DNA of 64,000 nt, taken from the NCBI GenBank assembly GCA_044869275.1, contig JBIOXB010000086.1, positions 32,001 to 96,000 on the forward strand, in the 5' to 3' direction. The position numbers were made by a program, and so were the translations under genes. Positions 50,501-58,602 of the stretch are shown here, in pieces. The notes beneath the pieces were generated by a model. That model searched no databases. It had not been told where the DNA came from and saw nothing but the letters and a program-made list of their open reading frames with translations. Origin of the DNA: a bacterium. GTDB taxonomy: Bacteria; Zhuqueibacterota; Zhuqueibacteria; Zhuqueibacterales; Zhuqueibacteraceae. Numbering within the stretch: the stretch's first letter is position 1; each line of letters starts with the position of its first letter.

Positions 50501-52975
50501 TTGCCATACGATCGTGGCGCTCGTGGAGGTGAGGTTCGTGGCGGTGGGGTTGCTGAGGCTCGGGGTTCGCGCGTCCGCGGTAACGCCGTTGACGAGGAGA
50601 GTTTGATTGGCGGCAACGTTCGTCCTCGTCACCACCGTGCCGTCGGGAAAACTCACCACCACGTCGACGGCCGTGCGTACGCCCAGGCCAAAATGCACGG
50701 TTTGATCATCCTGCCCCAAATAACCGTTGTTACTGTGGCTTTCGCGCATGCCGAGCAGGGCGGCGCCGGCTTGGCCGGCGGGATAAAATTTCGTTTTCGC
50801 CCCGAAAGCACCGGCCTGGCCTTGTGGTGAGATCAGTTTGATCTTCAGCCAATTCCCTTCTGCATTGTTATTTCGTACCAGCCAGTTGCGCGAACGCTTG
50901 CAGCCAAAGGCAAAGTCCATGTCACCGTCATGGTCAATGTCCGCGAATCCGATGGCGCGCGGATCGTCGATGCCGGTCACGGGAATGGCCGGACCAGGAG
51001 CGAAAATACCGGCGCCGTTGTTGAGGTAACTGACGTCGTCGCCGGCGAACACCAGGTCGAGATCGCCGTCGTTATCGAGATCGGCAAAGCTGCCCATGTA
51101 GCCGTCGGTGGCGGTGAAGTTTTGCGTGAAGGCAAACGTGCCGCCGCCGCTGTTGCGATACAACGTGCCGGAATCGTCACGCGCCAGCAGCAAGTCGAGA
51201 TCGCCGTCGTTGTCCACATCTGCGCTGGTGATGCCATCGTCGGCACGATGCGTAATGCCGATGCTGGCGGGCGAGATTTGGGTGAAGACGCCGCCGCCGT
51301 CGTTACGCAAAATGTTCATGTCACCGGTGCGATTGGCGGTGAAGATGTCGACGTCGCCGTCGTTGTCGAAATCCGTGTCGGTCGCGCCCTGCCCCGCGCG
51401 CGCTTCGAACAGAGCGCCGCTGTTGATCGCGGTGAATTGCATGGCGCCGTCGTTGCGATACACCTCATTGCGGTCACTGGAAGGATCGTCGGTGCCGAGA
51501 TAATCGGTCACTGCGAACAAATCCAGATCGCCGTCATTGTCCAGGTCAAACGCGACGGTTGCGCGCGTTTGCCATTCACGCACCGGCATCCCGGAAGAGG
51601 CGGTGACCTCGGTAAAAGTGCCGTTGCCGTTGTTGCGATAAATGTTGTTGATGCCTGGAATGTTGGTGGTGCCATCGGTCGTGCCGTTGTAAAGGTCGAA
51701 GTCGCCGTCGTTGTCGAGATCGCCAAACACGGCCCCGTGCGAGCCGCCGTCGAAATCGGCGAGGCCGCGCAGCGCGCCTTCCTCTACAAAGATGTTATTG
51801 CCCGTGTTGTGGAAGAATAAATCGGGCATGGGATCTGCAAAAACGCCGAGCATAGTATGATATAAGTCCGGCCGGCCGTCGCCATCCACGTCGGCGAAAA
51901 TCGCCGCGTGGCCGCCCACTTGATTCGGGCCGGTGGGACCGCCGGTACCGGCCGCCAGCGTGATATCGGTGAAGGAGAGCGGGCTCGCGTTCGGTGTTGT
52001 GAAGCTAAAATCGCCGCTCAAGCCAGGATTGCCGGCCGCATCCTTGGATTTAACGCGAAAATGATAGGTGCTGTTTTTCGTCAGGCCGTTCAGAGCAACG
52101 GCATGATTTGTAAGCAGCATTGTCTCCAGCGGCGTCATATTGCCATAGCCTGTGGTGAGGCCATATTCCACCTGCGAATCGCTGGCTTCATTAGTGGTCC
52201 AAGTGATCGTCGCGGCCGTCGCACTCAGATTGCTGGTTTGTACATTCGAAATGATCGGCGCTTGCGTGTCGGGAATGGCATTGCTCTCTTGCAGCACGAA
52301 GTCGTCAACTTTGAGATCGCCATTGAAACTGGTGTTGCTCGCGGACAGTTCGAAATAATAATTGTTGGATAACGCATAGCCTGGCAGCGAGAACGGTTCT
52401 TGATAAACCGTGGTCCAGCTCTGGTCGTCGGGTGAGTATTCGAAAAAGATGGTCGTGGCGTCGGTGCGCAGGCGCAGGTAAAAACTGCCCGGCAGCGCGA
52501 GGCCGTTTGTGACCTCCAATCCGCCCTCACTGCCGTTGCGTTTCCATTGTACATAGAGACGATAGCTGCCGGTGTGCCCCTCACGATAGACATATAAGCG
52601 ATACCAATTGTTTTGGCTGTAGAACGCATTGGTGCTGGCGAGATTCACCGTCGGGCTCATGCCGAGATCGCCATCGTCGTTGGGCTGCACGATTTTGAGC
52701 TTGGCAATTTTATTCGCGCCGGCGTAGGAAGTTTTCGTGACGATCCAGCCGGAGTGATTGCTGGTGGAGCGCAAGGTCAGCGCGCCGTTTTCGATCGCGG
52801 CTTGATTGCCGCTGTTCGTGCCTTTACTCCATTTGTTTGGATCAATGCCCGGCCCGGAAAAATTGTCGCTGAGCAACACGGTTTGGCTTTGAGCGCTGGT
52901 GGTGAGACTGAGAAGGGTGGCGAATGAGAAAACAATAACGGAGTTTGGCCACAAACGGGGTGAGGTGATCGACAT
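47537..52975 (-). CDS. Giant secreted modular protein: three unassigned ~195-aa domains, Fn3-like domains, FG-GAP + ASPIC/UnbV, SGNH hydrolase, FlgD-Ig CTD
   Basis: Signal peptide; DxDNDGDxD repeats; PLGDSIT / LGTND / DHVHPN; NYPNPFN. Confidence 0.9.
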   Translation of the reverse strand: MSITSPRLWPNSVIVFSFATLLSLTTSAQSQTVLLSDNFSGPGIDPNKWSKGTNSGNQAAIENGALTLRSTSNHSGWIVTKTSYAGANKIAKLKIVQPNDDGDLGMSPTVNLASTNAFYSQNNWYRLYVYREGHTGSYRLYVQWKRNGSEGGLEVTNGLALPGSFYLRLRTDATTIFFEYSPDDQSWTTVYQEPFSLPGYALSNNYYFELSASNTSFNGDLKVDDFVLQESNAIPDTQAPIISNVQTSNLSATAATITWTTNEASDSQVEYGLTTGYGNMTPLETMLLTNHAVALNGLTKNSTYHFRVKSKDAAGNPGLSGDFSFTTPNASPLSFTDITLAAGTGGPTGPNQVGGHAAIFADVDGDGRPDLYHTMLGVFADPMPDLFFHNTGNNIFVEEGALRGLADFDGGSHGAVFGDLDNDGDFDLYNGTTDGTTNIPGINNIYRNNGNGTFTEVTASSGMPVREWQTRATVAFDLDNDGDLDLFAVTDYLGTDDPSSDRNEVYRNDGAMQFTAINSGALFEARAGQGATDTDFDNDGDVDIFTANRTGDMNILRNDGGGVFTQISPASIGITHRADDGITSADVDNDGDLDLLLARDDSGTLYRNSGGGTFAFTQNFTATDGYMGSFADLDNDGDLDLVFAGDDVSYLNNGAGIFAPGPAIPVTGIDDPRAIGFADIDHDGDMDFAFGCKRSRNWLVRNNNAEGNWLKIKLISPQGQAGAFGAKTKFYPAGQAGAALLGMRESHSNNGYLGQDDQTVHFGLGVRTAVDVVVSFPDGTVVTRTNVAANQTLLVNGVTADARTPSLSNPTATNLTSTSATIVWQTDEIATSQVEYGTTSALGSATDIENILRTHHSAGLANLTAQTTYFYRVVSVDLAGNRAQSEILSFTTTAATGPILADDFPGNALDTNKWRSGANSGNLSRVAGNVLELRSQFAQTGWVITRDAFAARQTAVSVKVVQPSNDGNLGMSPTYTLSSSNGIYNEGTWYRFYVYRDATSGPYRLFVQWKKSGVVNGMDVTGSAVLNGVFYMRLRFDEARIYFEFSLDGNAWAVAYSEPFGLTGYSLDSPFYYELAAYRTDVKGILQVDDFSIDPSAPGSDTQAPVIAQVGEGNITATAATVTWNTNEASDSQVEYGPTASYGFFSPLDAALVTAHSVALANLNPSTLYHYRVRSRDAAGNLALSEDFTFQTGVLDTEAPLISNIVAQNITATGAQVTFTTNESAYGSVEFDARPHGVIPLMPLGDSITEGTGSSDDTGYRAPLYLALTDFGSRFDFVGSLQYGAGIPDLDHEGHAGWLANEIFAELGSFLNQSQPQAVLLHLGTNDVSVGDDAGTVVSEISAVVDAILQFDPATKVYLSTLIPRRDGKQNVNAAVNAQLPGVVSTRRNAGYDVFLVDNSAAFLANPNWANEWFVDHVHPNDAGYAVMAAAWREAYVNTEYDFRASNATLAVSHALTLTGLAPSTTYHYRARAKDAANLESASADLSFTTTASSAITLFADNFNASTLDLNKWTRGSNNGNQTAVTNGALQLRSNNTQSGWVITRQNYPARNTTVTVRVTQPNNDGNLGMSPTYQASSTAGIYGQQNWYRFYVYREQPGNYRLYVQWKKNGVVGGLDATGALAIPGAVYLRLRLDDTQIHFEASLNGATWIDTYRENFGLPGYTLNSNFHYELSAYRTNANGVLVADDFAIVSEKSQEKSSEASPDGVHQVATLPAAFGLHNYPNPFNIATRIRFDLPAAAQVEVAVFDAMGRQVRMLAEGWRPAGSHEMIWEGKNEAGAALSTGTYFLRMHYRPEGGQNFTQMVRRIMLLK

Positions 52976-53165
52976 GAGCTTGCCTTCCGATAATGCGGAA
53001 CAAGAAACTCGGAGTTTCCTGATTAGTCTATCAAAAGCAAAATCCTTGCTTTTTTGTGTTTTTCGCGTGCTCTGTAACACAAACTTGCAAAACTAAGCTT
53101 TTTTAGCAAAGTTTCTGGCGTAGTCAGAAATAGGTGAGATCTTTGCAAGTGAGCAGAGATCAATT

Positions 53166-53230
53166 CCACGCGGATTAAAAAACCACGCGGATAGTTTAAA
53201 AATTTCCGTGTGGTTTTTTGATCCGTGTGG
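53166..53230 (+). repeat. 26-bp inverted repeat hairpin with doubled arms
   Basis: CCACGCGGATTAAAAAACCACGCGGA ... TCCGTGTGGTTTTTTGATCCGTGTGG; all three mismatches are G-T wobbles on the + strand. Confidence 0.75.
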
Positions 53231-54095
53231 AGCCATTTTGGTTGCGGCTCAGCCGCGCTGCATTGTTCTATTTGCTGAGGAGTGATTCTATATGCAACAT
53301 TGCCAAGCGAAATGAAGAGAGCCAGGAGGCTTGAAAATACGGCAGGCGAGTCTATTGCGAAAAGTGTACCAACACTGAAGTATACAGATACTGCGGGAAA
53401 ATAACGATTTTACGCCATTTTCATCACCGTTTTTGACGTGATTTCAAATCAAAATTGTAACAATTTGGGACAGTCTGTTTCAGCGCAGGAACAGCGAGGA
53501 GTAGCCCAGGAAGGAGAGGTGAATTGGCAATGCAGAACTCATTTTTAAAGGTATAACAAATCAAACTGGCAGTCGTTGTCTGCTTCTGAATGGGCACACT
53601 CGCTGCGCCCAGACTTGAGCCGGAAGACCCATAGTCGCCAGTTCTTTTTTTGACTCCTTTTTTCAACACAGAGACACAGAGTTCCACGGAGAGTTTTAAA
53701 AAACTTTGCAGAATAAGACTCACTCCGTGATACAAACCTGCAGCACTTCACGTTTGCAATTGGCGCTGATTGTGTTATAATAATCTCGAGGGAAAATTTA
53801 CGAGTAAACCATCAAACTATCATTGCGTGCAGGCGCATGGAACACGCCGGGCATGCCGATGAACGCTTTTTTCAGTTCACTGCTGTCCAAAATACTTCGG
53901 AACCTGAGCGATAGCACAAAAAAGTGGTGGCGGATTCGGTGAAATGGCCGGTGGCAACACGGCAGAGGGTGAGAAGCTGATCGAGCCGCTGCGCCGTTTT
54001 GGAAACGCGCAATGGCCTGGGAACTGAATGAAGGATAAAATAAAATGCTCATCGCGCCATTCGCGATTATTTGATTTGAATTTTAAAAGCCTGGC

Positions 54096-54236
54096 TCACG
54101 GAAATGAACTCCCACGGAAAAATGCATGTTCTCTTGTTTCCGTGAGCTGTTCCAATTCCGAGTGCTCTAACTTTGCCGTTCGAAGAGCTTCGATTCTCAG
54201 CTTGCCCGAAAACCAGATCTGTCCTACATCTTTCTG
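54096..54236. repeat. Composite REP/MITE-like element, copy 2
   Basis: Shares two blocks (29 nt and 19 nt) with 7114-7267, in the same order. Confidence 0.7.
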
Positions 54237-54243
54237 AAGGTCA

Positions 54244-54304
54244 ACTGACCGGTCACTTCAGTGCCGTGTATGGCGTCGTGACTGTGCTGTAGTGACCGGT
54301 CAGT
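54244..54304. repeat. Perfect 14-bp inverted repeat with palindromic arms, just 3' of the 54317 gene
   Basis: ACTGACCGGTCACT-N33-AGTGACCGGTCAGT. Confidence 0.8.
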
Positions 54305-54316
54305 AACCATATGACC

Positions 54317-57300
54317 TTATTTTACAAGCGTCATTCGCCGCGTTTGCATAAAAACGGCTTTGCCGTCTTGGTCTTGCGCGACAATGCGATACAGATATAT
54401 TCCGGCGGCCACAGTGTTGCCGGAGCGATTCCGGCCATTCCAATTCACCGCATGCCGCCCCATCTCCATCTCGCCCTCCACGAGCGTGCAGACGAGCTGA
54501 CCGATTTTGTTATAGATTTGCAGGGTCACTTGGCTCACAACCGGAAGTTCGAAGCTAATGACCGTGCTGGGATTAAATGGATTAGAATAATTCTGTTCAA
54601 GCTGAAACTCAGCCGGAGGCGCCGGCGCAGTATTTTCGACAGTCGAATTGGGTTTTGCCATTCCGGTCTCTGATTTGATCTCCAAAGCTACCACTGCCCA
54701 GTCGACGGAGCTGCTGAACGTGCCGTTCACAATCACTGTAGAGGGCGAGGCGACAATTTTGTCCTGCACCGCAACGGAAGACGCGCTGCCCGCACTGCTG
54801 GCACCCTGGATGATCTCACCCCGCTCCGTGTACCCCGCGCCCGGCGTGTGCGTCCGCTGCCGCATCGACGCCGCACCATACGCCATTGCGCCATTCGCGC
54901 TCACGGTCAAATTGAAAGCATAAGTGTTGTTGTCTGCTCCGCTGGAGCAAGAACCATTGACACCGGCGGTATTGCCCGAGGTCACATTGCCAACCGCATT
55001 TGTGGTCGCTACACCTGAGTATCTTGAGACCGCAATCGCCGCATTATTGGCAGCCACAGCGAGCGTCGCGGTCACGGCGCCGTTGCCGTTCGGCGTTCCT
55101 TGCGCCCTCCACACTTCAATACCGGTTTGGTTGCGTCCGGAACATTGGCTTTTGACCAAAGTCCACGTGAGTCCAAGTCCGGAAACATGGTTCACCGCAA
55201 TTTTCGGCTTGGTGGAAATCGCTGCCAAGTAAAGCTGGCCGCTGGCAGCAGTGAGACTCGCTGAAGTCGCCACTGTCCCCAAGCTGGTGGAACCACCGGT
55301 CCGGGTTTCTTCATGAACAACCTGGCCACTGGAACCGCTCGTTGTGAAAGTGGCGGTGACATTCTTGTTGGCATTCATGGTGATGGTCGCCGGATTATTC
55401 GATCCGGTCAAATCACCGCTCCAACCGCTGAATTGCCAGCCGGAGGCTGGAGTCGCCGTCAAGGTCACCACGGTGCCCGCATCATAAACACCGCCGGCGG
55501 GGCTTAGATTGACACTGCCCGAACCAACGGTCGTGGCCGCCAACGTATACTGCGTGGCTGGTAACTGCGTGAAGGTGGCGGTGACATTCTTGTTGGCATT
55601 CATGGTGATGGTCGCCGGATTGTTCGAGCCAGTCACGTCACCGCTCCAGCCATTGAACTGCCAACCCGAAGCGGGATTTGCCGTCAACGTCACGACTGTA
55701 CTCGCACCATAAACGCCTCCCGGAGGATTCAAAGCCACGCTGCCTGAGCCCACCGTATTTACCGCCAACGAATGCTGCGTGGCACCGCCACCACCCGGCT
55801 GCGGTTTGATCTCCAAAGCCACGACGGCCCAATCGACGGAACCACCGAGTGTGCCGTTCACAATCACCGTAGAGGGTGAAGCGACACTTTTGTCCTGCAC
55901 CGCAACGGAAGTCGCGCTGCCTGCACTGCTGGCACCCTGGATGATCTCGCCCCGCTCTGTGTACCCCGCACCCGGCGTGTGCGTCCGCTGCCGCATCGAC
56001 GCCGCACCATACGCCATTGCACCATTCGCGCTCGCGGTCAAATTGAAGGCATAAGTGTTGTTGTCTGATCCGCTGGAGCAAGAACCATTGACACCGGCGG
56101 TGTTGCCCGAGGTCACATTGCCAACCGCGTTTGTGGTCGCTACACCTGAGTATCTTGATACGGCAATCGCCGCATTATTTGCGGCTGCGGCGAGCGTCGC
56201 GGTTACGGTGCCGATGCCGCTCGGCGTTCCTTGCGCCCTCCACACCTCGACTCCGGTTTGATTCCGTCCGGAACACTGGCTTTTGACCAAGATCCACGTT
56301 AGCCCAAGCCCGGAAATGTTGCTCACAGCAACTCTCGGCTTGGTGGAAATCGCCGCCAAGTAAAGCTGGCCGCTGGCGGCGGTGAGACTTGCCGAAGTCG
56401 CCACGGTTCTCGAGCTGGTGGAACCACCGGTCCGGGTTTCTTCATGAACAATCTGGCCGCTCACGGGCGGCGTGAGGTCGTTGCCAGCATTGAGCTCGAG
56501 GCGCTGGCCGGGTGCGAGACCGGTGAGCGCGCGGCTCTTGCCGCCGAGATAGTGGACACGCAGATCGTAGGTTTTATTCGGATCGACGCCGAAATGCACC
56601 ACCGGCGAATTTCCCGAAAACGTGCCTTGGGCAGAAGTGGTTTGCCGATAGCCGCGCAAAAAAGTTGGTTGATCGAGATGGCCGGCTTCATAAAGATAGA
56701 ATTTCGTGCCCCAACCGCCGGCGCTGCCGCTGGACGAAGTCGCGGCGATTTGCAAATAGTTTTTCGCGCCGCTGCCCGGAACATTAAGATCATTGCGATA
56801 AAGAAAGGTCGGCTCTTCAATATAGGTTATGGCAACGTCGAGATCACCGTCGTTGTCAATATCGCCGAAGGTGGCGGCGCGCGCATCCACGCCGTTGCGC
56901 TCCAAACCGGTATTGCTTTGCTGGGTGAAATGGCCGGCGCCATCATTCAACCATAACGAACTCATGCCAAAGTTGATCGATTGCAAAAAGTCTTCATCAC
57001 CATCATTGTCCACGTCGCCGGTGCTGAGGGTATAGCCTTCGAAAGTGATATTCTGCGCGTCGGTCTCGTCGTCGAAATTACCGTCCCCGCGATTGCGATA
57101 CACGCGCAGCTTGGTCAGCTCGCCATTGCGCGAGCCATTAAACGAGGAAACGGCCAGGAGCAGATCGAGATCAGCGTCGCGATCCATGTCGAAGAACACC
57201 GCGCCGTTGGTGATGCCGTTGAATGCCACGCCGCGCGCCGCGGCCTCATCCGTGAAGTTGCCGCTGCCATTGTTGATATACAGCCGGCAGGCGTCTTCGC

Positions 57301-58426
57301 GCTTGGCGAGAAAAATATCGAGATCGCCATCATGGTCGACATCCGCCGCCGTGGCCGCCATCGTGCCCGCGGCATCGGGCTCGAGATCGAACACGCCGCG
57401 ATTTTCATTGGTGAAATGCCCGGCGCCGTCGTTGACGTACATTTCATTGCTCAGGCCCCAATTGCCGCTGAACAAATCCATGTCGCCGTCGTTTTCAATG
57501 TCGAGCCCGAGTACGCTGATGGTGCGGCGATCCGAAAGCAAAATGCCTGCTGGTGCCGTCATCTCAGTGAAATCGCCATTCCCGTTGTTGCGATACAAAC
57601 GGTTGCCGCTCGGTCCGCGCTGGCCGTTGAACAAGTCGAAATCACCGTCGTTGTCGACGTCCACCCACACGGCGCCGTGCGATTGGCCGGGATCGTCCAC
57701 GCCTGCCTGTGCCGCTCTTTCGGTGAAGGTGTTGTTGCCATTGTTGATGAACAGCTCGTCCGGCAGCACGAGAAAATCCGACTGGCTGCCCGGCACGAAA
57801 TTGGTATGTGTGACATACAGGTCTTCGCGCCGGTCGCCGTTCACGTCCGCGAACAAAATCCCATGGCCCCCGTGCTCGGAGATGCCTCCGATGCCGGCGG
57901 CGCTGGAAATGTCGACGAACTGGCCGTTGAACACGGCGGCGGTTTCGCTTTCACCCTCGCGAAAAACCATGTGGCGCGACGCGAGTTTTTGATAGAACCT
58001 TCCAATCTCTCCCGAGGGCCACGCCACCACAATGCTATCGAGGCGCGCGTTGTCGTGCAAGCCGAGGCGCACTGCACGATTGGCCACGCTGCCGTAACCT
58101 CCGGAGGCCGCCGTAGCGTACTGGCGCAGGACTTCGCCATTTGCATGAACACTTACCTGTGCGCCGAAGCCATTGCGATTGCTGCGCTTGCCCACAAGCA
58201 ATGCCGAGAACCAATGCCGTTGTGCCCGAGAAATATTTTTGAACAAGCGCATGGCGCCGTTCTCACCGCCGCCAAAGACATCGAGACGGCCGTCGAGATC
58301 AAAATCCGCGCCGGTGGGCGAGGCCGGAAAAACGGTATGGGTTACCTCTTCGAATTGAATTTCTTGCGCCAGCATCACCCCACTGGCCAGAAGGAGGAGA
58401 ACGCTGCCGATTGAGAAAATTTTCAC
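54317..58426 (-). CDS. Large secreted modular protein: collapsed FG-GAP + ASPIC, FG-GAP propeller, two ~215-aa repeats, two InlB-B/Flg_new-like repeats, FlgD-Ig CTD
   Basis: Signal peptide; DxDNDGD repeats; GWQFxGWSGD repeats; NYSNPFNPST. Confidence 0.88.
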   Translation of the reverse strand: MKIFSIGSVLLLLASGVMLAQEIQFEEVTHTVFPASPTGADFDLDGRLDVFGGGENGAMRLFKNISRAQRHWFSALLVGKRSNRNGFGAQVSVHANGEVLRQYATAASGGYGSVANRAVRLGLHDNARLDSIVVAWPSGEIGRFYQKLASRHMVFREGESETAAVFNGQFVDISSAAGIGGISEHGGHGILFADVNGDRREDLYVTHTNFVPGSQSDFLVLPDELFINNGNNTFTERAAQAGVDDPGQSHGAVWVDVDNDGDFDLFNGQRGPSGNRLYRNNGNGDFTEMTAPAGILLSDRRTISVLGLDIENDGDMDLFSGNWGLSNEMYVNDGAGHFTNENRGVFDLEPDAAGTMAATAADVDHDGDLDIFLAKREDACRLYINNGSGNFTDEAAARGVAFNGITNGAVFFDMDRDADLDLLLAVSSFNGSRNGELTKLRVYRNRGDGNFDDETDAQNITFEGYTLSTGDVDNDGDEDFLQSINFGMSSLWLNDGAGHFTQQSNTGLERNGVDARAATFGDIDNDGDLDVAITYIEEPTFLYRNDLNVPGSGAKNYLQIAATSSSGSAGGWGTKFYLYEAGHLDQPTFLRGYRQTTSAQGTFSGNSPVVHFGVDPNKTYDLRVHYLGGKSRALTGLAPGQRLELNAGNDLTPPVSGQIVHEETRTGGSTSSRTVATSASLTAASGQLYLAAISTKPRVAVSNISGLGLTWILVKSQCSGRNQTGVEVWRAQGTPSGIGTVTATLAAAANNAAIAVSRYSGVATTNAVGNVTSGNTAGVNGSCSSGSDNNTYAFNLTASANGAMAYGAASMRQRTHTPGAGYTERGEIIQGASSAGSATSVAVQDKSVASPSTVIVNGTLGGSVDWAVVALEIKPQPGGGGATQHSLAVNTVGSGSVALNPPGGVYGASTVVTLTANPASGWQFNGWSGDVTGSNNPATITMNANKNVTATFTQLPATQYTLAATTVGSGSVNLSPAGGVYDAGTVVTLTATPASGWQFSGWSGDLTGSNNPATITMNANKNVTATFTTSGSSGQVVHEETRTGGSTSLGTVATSASLTAASGQLYLAAISTKPKIAVNHVSGLGLTWTLVKSQCSGRNQTGIEVWRAQGTPNGNGAVTATLAVAANNAAIAVSRYSGVATTNAVGNVTSGNTAGVNGSCSSGADNNTYAFNLTVSANGAMAYGAASMRQRTHTPGAGYTERGEIIQGASSAGSASSVAVQDKIVASPSTVIVNGTFSSSVDWAVVALEIKSETGMAKPNSTVENTAPAPPAEFQLEQNYSNPFNPSTVISFELPVVSQVTLQIYNKIGQLVCTLVEGEMEMGRHAVNWNGRNRSGNTVAAGIYLYRIVAQDQDGKAVFMQTRRMTLVK
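54675..56455 (-). repeat. Intragenic direct repeats: ~650-bp pair (about 54675-55325 and 55805-56455) flanking a ~225-bp tandem pair
   Basis: Long identical DNA stretches, e.g. GCTGGAGCAAGAACCATTGACACCGGCGG and GTGGCGGTGACATTCTTGTTGGCATTCATGGTGATGGTCGCCGGATT, each present twice. Confidence 0.9.
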
Positions 58427-58471
58427 GTTGTGCTCCCAATACTACAACGTTAAATCGAACAGTGCGCACTG

Positions 58472-58575
58472 ACTCTTACTCCCACTCTTACTCCTACTCG
58501 GCTGAATTTTAAAGCAAAAAACAAGTAAGAGTAGGAGCAGGAGTAAGAGAAAGAGTAAGAGGATGAGTATGAGCA
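58472..58575. repeat. Hexamer-unit inverted repeat (ACTCYT)n ... (AGWARG)n
   Basis: ACTCTT-ACTCCC-ACTCTT-ACTCCT facing AGTAAG-AGTAGG-AGCAGG-AGTAAG-AGAAAG-AGTAAG. Confidence 0.75.
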
Positions 58576-58602
58576 GCTTTGAGGGCTTGGCCGATCTCGC
58601 GC

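Noticed and set aside
53565..53660. c-di-GMP-I riboswitch
   Set aside because: Only weak resemblance (TCCGGCTCAA, CAGCGAG..GCC); the GGCAAA/GAAA/GACGCAAA core is absent.
54675..56455. Diversity-generating retroelement TR/VR pair
   Set aside because: Both copies are coding within one ORF, differences look mostly synonymous rather than adenine-specific, and no reverse transcriptase is in the window.
5498..57992. Long antisense ORFs (e.g. 5498-6820, 20451-21647, 22559-23845, 29512-30702, 57045-57992)
   Set aside because: Shadow ORFs opposite well-supported genes in GC-rich DNA, with no recognisable motifs.
12321..58575. CRISPR array among the short repeats
   Set aside because: Units are 6-9 nt or occur only twice; there is no repeat-spacer periodicity and no cas gene.
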